DNA of 64,000 nt from contig OX638351.1 in NCBI GenBank assembly GCA_951813565.1, forward strand, positions 3,410,492 through 3,474,491, written 5' to 3'. This stretch comes from an uncultured Poribacteria bacterium. Its GTDB lineage: Bacteria; Poribacteria; WGA-4E; WGA-3G. Shown here piece by piece: positions 47,509 to 56,769 of the stretch (position 1 is the first letter of the stretch; every line of letters starts with the position of its first letter). Position numbers and translations under genes: made by a program. A model generated the notes under the pieces. That model did no database searches. It saw only the letters and a program-made list of their open reading frames with translations, and was not told the DNA's origin.

Positions 47509-50220
47509 TTAGGGATATATTTCCCAGATAAGCACAGAACCGTTATCACAACCGCTAACGAGGGTTTTTCCATCTGGACTAAAAGCGATACTATCGACCC
47601 GACCTATATGACCCGTCAGTGTTTTCTTGTGTTCGTAGGTGTGAGCATCCCATAATTGAATCGTGCCGTCACCACAGCCACTTGCGAGGATTTTTCCATC
47701 CGGACTGAACGCTAAGCACATCAAAAATGTATGCCCGTTAATTGTAATTTTGGTTTTCCACGTGTCTATATCCCATAGATGGATTATCCCGTCATTGCCT
47801 CCACTTGCGAGAGTTTTTCCATCAGGACTGAACGCTAAACCTTCCACCCAATCATTATGTTCGGTAAGTACCATTTTATTTCTACCAGTTGCAACATCCC
47901 AGAGACGAATAGTTTCATCATTACTTCCGCTTGCGAGGATTTTTCCATCCGGACTGAAACCGATACTATTGATCAACTTTTTATGTCCAATAAGTGTCTT
48001 TTTATGTTCGCCAGTGTGTGCATCCCAGAGGTGGATAGTATCGCCATCTTCACTCGCAAGTATATTTCCGTCCGAACTGAGTGTTATATGCTTAACAAAA
48101 CCGGTATGTCCAGTAAACATCAATTTGTGTTCGCCAGTGTGTGCATCCCAGAGGTGGATGTCATCATCAGTCCCACAAAAAAGAGTTTTTCCATTAGGAC
48201 TGAACACTATACTGTAAGCCGATTCTATCTGCCCATTTTTAGGCTCGTTAAATGTTCTTACGGGTTGCCTTGTATCCGCATCCCATAGACGAATAATTCC
48301 ACTGGCGTCTCCACTTGCGATATAGTCCCCATTCGGATTGAACGCAACACTGCGGACCTCCTGCGAATGTCCAGTGAATATGTTTTTCGCGTCGCCGGTG
48401 TGGGTATCCCAAAAGCGGATAGTGCCATCGCCACCGCCACTCGCAATTGTTTTTCCATCCGGACTGAACACTAAGCCCCCGCGCCCGGCACTTCGCGGGT
48501 GTTCGGTGCGTATTCTCCTGTGTGTGCCAGTGTGTACATCCCATAGACAGATTGTTTCATCTTCATAAGACGTAGTAGCAAGTATTTTTCCATCCGGACT
48601 AAACGCTAAGTGGATAACGTGATCCTTATGCTCGGAGAGGATCATCTTGAGTTCGCCTGTGTTTAAGTCGTAGAGGTAGACAGTGCCATTTACACTACCA
48701 ACAGCGACTGTTATTCCATTTGGACTGAACGCTGCACCTACAGCAGCGCAATCAGGGTGCATAGCGAAAGTTTTCTTGTGTTCACCTGTGTCTGAATTCC
48801 ACAGACTGATTTTGTTGTCCACAACCACAATGGTATCGTTGTCTGGCGTGAATGAAAAATTATGACCCGTAACATGCATGAGTGTATACTTCGCCTCTCC
48901 GGTGATGGCATCCCATAATCGGATAGTGCCTTCCCGATTACTACTTATAAGTATTTTGCCATCCGGACTGAATGCTATGCATGTGATATATTCTCCATTA
49001 TGCCCAATGAGCGTTTTTTGCTCACCTGTGATTCTATCATGCAGGGTAATAGTGCCATCGAGATTTCCACTCGCTAAGATGCGTCCATCTGGGCTGAAGG
49101 CAAGATAGTAGACGTCGCTCGTATCCGCATCCGCTGTGATTAGACTTGCTTCTTGATGTACTGTTACATCGTAAAGCCAAATACCGATGCCGCTCGCGAC
49201 AGCCAGAAACTTACCGTCAGGAGAATATTTTATATCGGCTATATACCCTTTACTAAGACGCGCTTTGGCATCTTCAGGCAGGTTCCATTGCATAGCATCT
49301 TGTGTTAGGTTGTTTTTCACTGTTTTTGTTCCTTTTGTTAGACCGTTGTTACTGTTTTTGCTGCGGTTAGTACCACCAACCCGGTTTTGCAATTCAGGTT
49401 TTGATTGGAGATTAAGGACAATAGGCGCGTCAACAATTTCAATTGTGGGTTCTGATTTCGCATTAAGGCTATATGGCTGCTGAAAATTAGTAATGATTTG
49501 ATTGCTTGCACCCATCAACAGAATGACTAAAATAGTAGATGAAACTAATGCAACCCACGGTAGCGGCTTGCCGCCTTGAGGAGATATATGTTTCACCTTA
49601 TCAATCTGCTGCATGATGTTTTCAGTTAGATTTGGAGATAATGGAACACTGCCGAGAGTCTCCTGAATTATGGACTCTTCATTCTGTAAACGTTCTCGAG
49701 CGCGTTTAAGTCGGCTTTTAACAGTGTTCGGAGATACGCCTAAAAACTTGCTAATCGCTTCGCAGCTCATTTCTCCAAGGTAGTGAAGGACCATCACTGT
49801 GCGTTCACTTTCCGGTAGTTTTTCCAGCAGCTTTTGCACGATTTGACGACGGTGTTCAAGGGCTGCGTCCTCACGCTGTTCACAGATATAGTCTGAATAT
49901 GCAGTTTTTTCGAGTGTTTCTTCAGCGGTGGCTTCAAGCGATTGTGTCCACAGTTTCTTTTTTCGGAACCATGCTTTGCAACGTCGATCAGCGATTACAT
50001 AAAGCCAACCTGCAAACTGACTCGGATTTTTCAACGAGGCAAGTTTTTTGTGTGCTTGGAGGAAAGTGTCTTGTGTAATTTCTTCAGCGATATGGAAATC
50101 ACCGATTTTCCGCCACGCAAGCGCGTGAACGCTTTTTTGGTATTTTTTAACCAAAATGCTGAAAGCAACTTCGTCACCTGACAAAACACTATGGATTAGT
50201 TTAACGTCATCTCTTTCCAT
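47509..50220 (-). CDS. ECF sigma factor domain - single TM helix - extracytoplasmic WD40 beta-propeller fusion
   Basis: ECF regions 2 and 4 as in 44700..47246. Then TM LPWVALVSSTILVILLMGA. Then the LPEDAKARLSKG motif and more than 12 WD40 repeats. Confidence 0.85.
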   Translation of the reverse strand: MERDDVKLIHSVLSGDEVAFSILVKKYQKSVHALAWRKIGDFHIAEEITQDTFLQAHKKLASLKNPSQFAGWLYVIADRRCKAWFRKKKLWTQSLEATAEETLEKTAYSDYICEQREDAALEHRRQIVQKLLEKLPESERTVMVLHYLGEMSCEAISKFLGVSPNTVKSRLKRARERLQNEESIIQETLGSVPLSPNLTENIMQQIDKVKHISPQGGKPLPWVALVSSTILVILLMGASNQIITNFQQPYSLNAKSEPTIEIVDAPIVLNLQSKPELQNRVGGTNRSKNSNNGLTKGTKTVKNNLTQDAMQWNLPEDAKARLSKGYIADIKYSPDGKFLAVASGIGIWLYDVTVHQEASLITADADTSDVYYLAFSPDGRILASGNLDGTITLHDRITGEQKTLIGHNGEYITCIAFSPDGKILISSNREGTIRLWDAITGEAKYTLMHVTGHNFSFTPDNDTIVVVDNKISLWNSDTGEHKKTFAMHPDCAAVGAAFSPNGITVAVGSVNGTVYLYDLNTGELKMILSEHKDHVIHLAFSPDGKILATTSYEDETICLWDVHTGTHRRIRTEHPRSAGRGGLVFSPDGKTIASGGGDGTIRFWDTHTGDAKNIFTGHSQEVRSVAFNPNGDYIASGDASGIIRLWDADTRQPVRTFNEPKNGQIESAYSIVFSPNGKTLFCGTDDDIHLWDAHTGEHKLMFTGHTGFVKHITLSSDGNILASEDGDTIHLWDAHTGEHKKTLIGHKKLINSIGFSPDGKILASGSNDETIRLWDVATGRNKMVLTEHNDWVEGLAFSPDGKTLASGGNDGIIHLWDIDTWKTKITINGHTFLMCLAFSPDGKILASGCGDGTIQLWDAHTYEHKKTLTGHIGRVDSIAFSPDGKTLVSGCDNGSVLIWEIYP

Positions 50221-50393
50221 CAGAGAACTCCCATAATCAATTTAGACTTGCAATAATAGGTGACGCGACTTTACAATGGATGGGTTGCAAAAATGTCATA
50301 ATTCAAAAAATACTGAATTCTTACACTAAATCATAAGTAAAGTTATAAGTTCTATGGATTGAAAAAATAACGTTTACTGTGGAGTAAGTATTG

Positions 50394-51410
50394 TTAGGGA
50401 TTTATCTCCCAAACAAGCACAGAACTATCAAGACTACCACTCACGAGTATTCTTCCATCGGGGCTAAAAGCGATACTTCTGACTATATCTGTATGACCCG
50501 ATAATGTTTTCTTTTCCTTTCCGGTATGTGCATCCCAGAGATAGATAATCTTGTTCCTGTCTCCACTTGCAAGGGTTTTACCATCTGGACTGAACGCTAA
50601 CGCATAACTATGCATCCAATTCGTTCTTTTGAGCATCATCTGGTTCTTGCCAGTATCAACATCCCAAAAGCGGATGGTAGTGTCGTCACTCCCACTTGTT
50701 AGGGTTTTACCATCTGGACTGAACGCTAATGAGCTAACCCAATCTGTATGTCCTATAAGTATCTTGTTGTTACCAGTGTTGATATCCCAAAGGCGGACGG
50801 TACCCTTGTAACTTGCACTCGCAAGCGTTTTGCCATCTGGACCGAACGCTAAACAGCTCAAGTGATTTGTATGTCCTCTAAGAGTTTTCTTGCGTTCATC
50901 TGTGTGTACATCCCATAGGGATATAGTCTTCTCGTCATCAACGCCACTGGCTAATGTATTTCCATCTGGACTGAATGCTCTGAGTACTGGGTTATAGGGA
51001 TCATTCATATAAAATATTTTCTTGTGTTCACCTGTCTGTACATCCCATAGGCGAATGCCAGCGTCAGTCCCACAAGCAAGGATTTTATCATCGGGCGAGA
51101 ATTGTATACTGTGGACCATATCGTTAAACTTTTTAAACGTTTTGATGAGTTGCCCAGTGTCTGCATTCCACAAGCGAACAATTCCACCGCTACACCCACT
51201 TGCAATAATGTCCCCATTCCGACTGAACGCTACACTCAAGACAGATTCCGAATGTCCAGTCAATGTATGTTTTACGGTACCTGTGTAGTCATTTTGGGAA
51301 CGGATAGTACCATCGCCACTTCCACTCGCCAGGGTTATTCCGTCAGGACTGAATGCCACCTCGTGAGTGGACAATATTTTGTGATTCAATTCAGTATCAC
51401 TCTTCTTCAT
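50394..51410 (-). CDS. WD40 repeat protein, apparent 5'-truncated paralog of the ECF-WD40 genes (sigma domain missing)
   Basis: 338 aa, WD40 repeats only. Retains the conserved upstream motif of the ECF-WD40 paralogs. Conserved C-terminal tail ...SVLVWEINP. Confidence 0.65.
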   Translation of the reverse strand: MKKSDTELNHKILSTHEVAFSPDGITLASGSGDGTIRSQNDYTGTVKHTLTGHSESVLSVAFSRNGDIIASGCSGGIVRLWNADTGQLIKTFKKFNDMVHSIQFSPDDKILACGTDAGIRLWDVQTGEHKKIFYMNDPYNPVLRAFSPDGNTLASGVDDEKTISLWDVHTDERKKTLRGHTNHLSCLAFGPDGKTLASASYKGTVRLWDINTGNNKILIGHTDWVSSLAFSPDGKTLTSGSDDTTIRFWDVDTGKNQMMLKRTNWMHSYALAFSPDGKTLASGDRNKIIYLWDAHTGKEKKTLSGHTDIVRSIAFSPDGRILVSGSLDSSVLVWEINP

Positions 51411-51837
51411 AAGAGACCTCCATCGTCAATTCATGCTTACAATAACAGATGACGCGATTTTACACGCAACAGGTTGCAAAAATGTCATAATTCGGAAAGA
51501 ATAGGATTCTTACATTAATACTACAGTCTATCTCATAAATCGTTAAATACGTTTCCTTACACAGGTTCTACATTCATCGTAGGGGCGGGTCCCTGTGCCC
51601 GCCCATTGTTTCCACTTATGAGAGAGATGGCGAGGCACCAAATCAACGGTCCGAATGCCTTATGGCATTCCCCGGGACCTCGCCCTACAAATGATTTATG
51701 AGATACGCTCTATTAGGATTTACGCACAAATTTGGAGCACACGGTAAATAAACGGACATCGCTAAAAAGCGTACAATAAATTGTGTTACTACAATAGCCG
51801 CTAAGACTGTATAAGTCTATAAAGTTTGTTCAATTGT

Positions 51838-53733
51838 TTAGCGATCAGAAACCAATTTTGTTAGATCCCATAAAAGGATAGTACCATCAGTACTACCACT
51901 TGCAACTGTTTCTCCATCAGGTGAATACACAACAGAATTGATCATAGTAGTGTGGCCCGTAAACGTGTTGATGTGGTCGCCAGTGCTCAAGTCCCAGAAG
52001 TATATCGCATCACCACTACTACTGGTAAGCACATTACCATCTGGAGAAAAATCAACAGAAATACTATTCCGCGTATGACCTCTGAAGGTATTGAGGAGTT
52101 CATGTGTATTGAAGTCCCATAAACAGACCTTTCCATCCCTGCTGGCACTTGCAAACGTATTACCATCCGGGGAAAAAACAACGGTATGTACAGCCCTCGT
52201 ATGCTCCACAAGTGTGTTAATGAGATTTCCAGTTTCAACATCCCACAACCGGATTGTATTGTCATCACTTGCACTCACAATTGTGTTACTATCTGGTGAA
52301 AACGTTACATAATGCACATCATCTGTATGCCCTACAATTGTATCTAACCGTTCCCCTATGACATTTCGCTCACCGGATCGTATTTCCCACAAACCGATAG
52401 TATTGTCCTGACTTCCACTTGCAAGCATGCTACCGTCAGGTGAAAAAGCAACACTTCTGACAAGATTAGTATGCCCTTTGAATGAACCGAGAAATCGACC
52501 AGTTTCAACATCCCACAATCGAGCTAAGTTAAAATCGGCACTTGCGAGAATTTTACCATCCGCTGAGAAGGTAACGGAGCTGACACTTCCGATAGGTCCA
52601 ACGAGTGTTTTTTGTAGTTCACCTGTCTTCGGATTCCAGAAACTTATTTTGGACATATTTCCTGTTACAAGGGAGCTGCCATCAGGTGCATAAGCGAGAG
52701 AAAAAACTTGAAAGGTAAAATCATCTATTGTTTTCTTAACTTTGTAAGTTTCTACATCCCAAAAATTAATCGTCCCTTCCTTGCCAACACTTATGAGTGT
52801 ATTGCCATCTGGAGAATAGGTCAAAGAAGTGATCGGTTCTTCAGTATGGATAGTTTTCAACAAAAGTCCTGTGGAGACATCATTTATCAAGATAGCGTTG
52901 TTTTCAATCCCAGTTGCGAGGGTTTTTCCGTCTGGTGAAAACACAACTGCCCAGATTTCTCCTATACTTTCTTCTGCTTCACAGGTTATAAGGAGTTTAC
53001 CGGTGCGTCCTTCCCATAAACAGATCTTTCCCCAACTACCTGTTGCGAAAATGCTGCCGTTGGGTAAACTTGCTACTGAATGTATATGCGCTATATCATC
53101 TTGATCACTGGTTATAGTGTTGATGCGTTCTCTCGTTCTCGGCTCCCAAAAACATAAGGTGTTCCCAACCCGATACGAGCCGCTTGCTATCACTGTTCCA
53201 TCTGACGAAAACGATACCGAGTGAACGTTATTTGAATGTCCTTGAAGAGATGCTACCCATTCTCCTGTGTTGACATCCCATAGTCCAACCGTATTATCAT
53301 CGCTTGCGGTAGCAAGTATCTTACCATCCCGACTGAATGATACCTCATTAATATCGTCCCGGTGTCCAATAAAACTTAATATGTGCTCACCTGTGTTTGC
53401 ATCCCACAACCAAGCAGTATTATCATCACATGCAGTGGCAAATGTTGTCCCATCCGGACTAAAAGCCAGAGACTTAATTGGACGTGTATGTCCTGTGAGT
53501 AAATCCAATAATTCATCTGTCCGCAAATCGTATATCCAGACACCGATTGTCGTAGTAATAGCAAGACGATTTCCATCTGGAAAATATTTTACTTTATATG
53601 CTTTACCTTTTCCAATCCGTGCTTTGGCTGCCTCAGGTAAATCCCATAATTCTTTTCCTTGACTATAGCTATTTGGTAAACATAGAATAAAGATTAACGG
53701 TAAAGTTGTTAGTAACAATTTTAGCATTTTCAT
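51838..53733 (-). CDS. secreted WD40 beta-propeller repeat protein
   Basis: Signal peptide MKMLKLLLTTLPLIFILCLPNSYSQG. LPEAAKARIGKG motif followed by about 14 WD40 repeats. Confidence 0.85.
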   Translation of the reverse strand: MKMLKLLLTTLPLIFILCLPNSYSQGKELWDLPEAAKARIGKGKAYKVKYFPDGNRLAITTTIGVWIYDLRTDELLDLLTGHTRPIKSLAFSPDGTTFATACDDNTAWLWDANTGEHILSFIGHRDDINEVSFSRDGKILATASDDNTVGLWDVNTGEWVASLQGHSNNVHSVSFSSDGTVIASGSYRVGNTLCFWEPRTRERINTITSDQDDIAHIHSVASLPNGSIFATGSWGKICLWEGRTGKLLITCEAEESIGEIWAVVFSPDGKTLATGIENNAILINDVSTGLLLKTIHTEEPITSLTYSPDGNTLISVGKEGTINFWDVETYKVKKTIDDFTFQVFSLAYAPDGSSLVTGNMSKISFWNPKTGELQKTLVGPIGSVSSVTFSADGKILASADFNLARLWDVETGRFLGSFKGHTNLVRSVAFSPDGSMLASGSQDNTIGLWEIRSGERNVIGERLDTIVGHTDDVHYVTFSPDSNTIVSASDDNTIRLWDVETGNLINTLVEHTRAVHTVVFSPDGNTFASASRDGKVCLWDFNTHELLNTFRGHTRNSISVDFSPDGNVLTSSSGDAIYFWDLSTGDHINTFTGHTTMINSVVYSPDGETVASGSTDGTILLWDLTKLVSDR

Positions 53734-53941
53734 TACATCTCTCCTTTGCTTTTATAGTAAATTCGAAAATATGTGAATACTTTACGATAAATGTGGTTTT
53801 ACAATGTTCAATTTTAGGTCTGGTAGGAGCGGTTTCCTAACCGTTTCCACCGGGGAGTGTCCACATTTTTTTAGATTTCACTATAATTAATTTGAATTTA
53901 TAAGATGGAATCCATCTCCTCTAATGTCTTTAGAGATTGGT

Positions 53942-54640
53942 TTATTTTGACGGAGGTAAGACATTTACCCAATGTCCGTCCATTCTGTCATCTTCAATAA
54001 ATCCGACTTTTGACCACCAAGTATTTGCACCTGTTCTGGCGTGTCCGCGGTCAAAGTTAATCCCAATGTCAATCCGTTGAGTTGTCTCAGGATAATCCAA
54101 CATGCCCCATGGAATCTCCATCTCTACAATCCATCCATCCTCAACGATGTTGGCAGCCACGTTCCATAGTTCAGGCACATCCTCTATAGGAACATTGAGT
54201 GGCGGATGGCTGACAAACTTTACGCCTAAAGGGTTTGACATAAAAAATCTTCTGTCTCTGAATTGATGTGTATGAAAAAGATCAATTGTAAAGGATATCC
54301 AATCATCGCGCCATGGTCGAACCTGATCCTCGGTCTCAAAGGCAACCAATTGGTCCGGTTTTTCGTCGTACAGATACCACGCGACATAAATGGCTTTATC
54401 AGTATAAATCAACCTGATAACGGATTGATCTTTAGCTGGGGCACCATCAGCATTTCTGTCAGTGAAATCAGTACCACGCGGCGCTTTTTTCCATGCAGCG
54501 TCGTCTAACTTCCCATCAATTATAGGTGGCGAGGCAACCTTTACTCCGCGCAATTCCTTAGGGGGTTTATTAACGACAATTTTACAACCTGTGAGTATTA
54601 ACATCACTGAGATTAATTTTATGAGAAATATGGTTTTCAT
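53942..54640 (-). CDS. lipoprotein with CBM9-like/DOMON-like carbohydrate-binding domain
   Basis: Lipobox ...LILTGC. IDGKLDDAAWKKA...IYVAW motif typical of CBM9-like modules. Confidence 0.6.
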   Translation of the reverse strand: MKTIFLIKLISVMLILTGCKIVVNKPPKELRGVKVASPPIIDGKLDDAAWKKAPRGTDFTDRNADGAPAKDQSVIRLIYTDKAIYVAWYLYDEKPDQLVAFETEDQVRPWRDDWISFTIDLFHTHQFRDRRFFMSNPLGVKFVSHPPLNVPIEDVPELWNVAANIVEDGWIVEMEIPWGMLDYPETTQRIDIGINFDRGHARTGANTWWSKVGFIEDDRMDGHWVNVLPPSK

Positions 54641-54821
54641 ATCTTCATTCTCCTTAGAATTGGAACGAACAGAGTATTAGTTCTTATCTTTGTAGATGTT
54701 AAGACATCATTATCGCATTAATTCAATTTATTTTCGTATTCTTAAATTCGCTGTGTCCACCATATAAATACATCCATGGATGCACTTTTAGCGAGTTTTG
54801 CATGAAAACAGATACCATGCT

Positions 54822-56726
54822 CTATTGATTAAAAACCACGGCTGTTAAATCCCATAACAGCACTGTGCCATCGTAGCTACTGCTTGCAAGCGTCTTACCA
54901 TCAGGAGAAAACATAACGTCCGTGATCCTTGAAATATGCCCAACAAAGGTGTGTATTTTCTCTCCCGTTTTTGCATCCCATAGATAAACTACATCGTAGT
55001 AGCTTCCACTTGCAAAAATACTTCCATCAGGGGAAAATGTGAGAGAAGTGACATCACCATGATGCGGAATTAGGGGTAAACGTAATTTGCCAGTTTCCAC
55101 ATCCCACACATGTATAATGTCATCTTCTCCGCCGCTTATAAGACTTGTGCCATCTGGCGAAAACACAATGTCATAAACATAGTCTGTGTGTCCAGTAAGT
55201 GTTTTTATGTGTTCGCCACTCTTGGAATCCCACAACATAACCGTGTTGTCCGAACTTCCGCTTGCGAGTTTGCTTCCATCCGGAGAAAACACAATGGAAT
55301 TCACAGACCTTGCATGTGCCTCAAGCGTATTTAGCAGATCCCCGATAAGTGGTTGTTCACCAGTGCGAACCTCCCATAACCGGATGTTACCGTCGTGGTA
55401 GCCTGTAGCAAGTGTGTCACCATTTGGAGAATAGGCGATAGATTTCGCATTGGATCTACCATCACTGAAACTTCCCATGAACCTACCAGTTTGCACATCC
55501 CACAAGCGAATTTTACTCACAGATGTGAGATTACGTCCGCTTACGATTGTATTCCCATCCGGAGAGAAAGCCGCAGCATAGAAAAAAGTGCGATAACCAG
55601 TAATGATTTTGAGAAGATCTCCTGTATGTAAATCCCACAATTGAAGTTTTACGCCGCCACCACTGGCAAGCATATTGCTATCTGGAGCATACGCAATTGA
55701 ATGTAACTGATACGTATGTCCAGTGATGGTTTTTGAAAGCGTCCAATCGTTACTGTTCCAGAACCGTACCGTGCCATCGTAACTTCCACTCGCAAGTATT
55801 GTGCCATCTGGTGAATATGTTAATGTTGAAACGAGTCTTTGGTGATATAGTGTTTTAAGTAGGTTGCCAGTGTTGATATCCCAAAGTCGAATTGTCTCAT
55901 CACGGCTTGCCCCCGCGACCGTACGCCCATTGGGTGCAAAAACAACAGAATTGATAAATCCACCGTGCCCAGTGAGGGTTTTCAAGCGTTCTCTTGTAGC
56001 AACATGATAAATATATACCTTATTTGCTGCACATGCAACTATTTTGCCATCTGGGGAAAACGCCAAAGTTTTCACCGTAGTATCTGGGACATAGATAATA
56101 TTCTGTTGTTCACCGGTATTTGCATCCCAAAATCGTAATGTCTGGTCTGCTGCCCCACTTGCAAGCATTTTGCCATCTGGAGAATATGCCACACAATACA
56201 CTCCTCCTCCATGTCCCCAGAGCGTTTTTAGGAGTTCGCCAGTGTGTATCTCCCATAGCTGAATAGAATTGTCGTCACTACCACTCGCGAGAATCTGTGC
56301 TTTAGGACTAAATGCAACTGAACTCACGCCGCCGCCATGTCCTACAAGTGTCGCTTTATTCTGACCAGTGTGTGTATCCCATAACTCGATTCTGCCATCA
56401 TTATTTCCCGTGGCAAATAGTTTGCCATCCGGACTAAAATCTACAGACCTGACGTATGTAGCATGTGCTGGTAGCAGATCAATTTCTTCTCCTGTCCGCA
56501 CATCATATATCCAAGTGCCAGCGGATGTTGCGACAGCGATTTTATTCCCATCTGGAAAATACTTAATGTTATATATTTTCCCTTTCCCGAAACGTGCTAT
56601 AGCATCTGTCGGCAAACCCCAGCGTGTATATTCACCGGAGAAAGCGTTTTGCATAAAAATTGGATACATAACAGAAATTACAAGGAACACCGATCGAAAC
56701 AGATTCATTTTACGCATGAAGGTCAA
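54822..56726 (-). CDS. secreted WD40 beta-propeller repeat protein
   Basis: Signal peptide, then LPTDAIARFGKG, then WD40 repeats. C-terminal tail LLWDLTAVVFNQ. Confidence 0.85.
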   Translation of the reverse strand: MTFMRKMNLFRSVFLVISVMYPIFMQNAFSGEYTRWGLPTDAIARFGKGKIYNIKYFPDGNKIAVATSAGTWIYDVRTGEEIDLLPAHATYVRSVDFSPDGKLFATGNNDGRIELWDTHTGQNKATLVGHGGGVSSVAFSPKAQILASGSDDNSIQLWEIHTGELLKTLWGHGGGVYCVAYSPDGKMLASGAADQTLRFWDANTGEQQNIIYVPDTTVKTLAFSPDGKIVACAANKVYIYHVATRERLKTLTGHGGFINSVVFAPNGRTVAGASRDETIRLWDINTGNLLKTLYHQRLVSTLTYSPDGTILASGSYDGTVRFWNSNDWTLSKTITGHTYQLHSIAYAPDSNMLASGGGVKLQLWDLHTGDLLKIITGYRTFFYAAAFSPDGNTIVSGRNLTSVSKIRLWDVQTGRFMGSFSDGRSNAKSIAYSPNGDTLATGYHDGNIRLWEVRTGEQPLIGDLLNTLEAHARSVNSIVFSPDGSKLASGSSDNTVMLWDSKSGEHIKTLTGHTDYVYDIVFSPDGTSLISGGEDDIIHVWDVETGKLRLPLIPHHGDVTSLTFSPDGSIFASGSYYDVVYLWDAKTGEKIHTFVGHISRITDVMFSPDGKTLASSSYDGTVLLWDLTAVVFNQ

Positions 56727-56769
56727 CTCCTTTGAAACAAATCAATATCATCAATGTCTTAGAAAGCTA

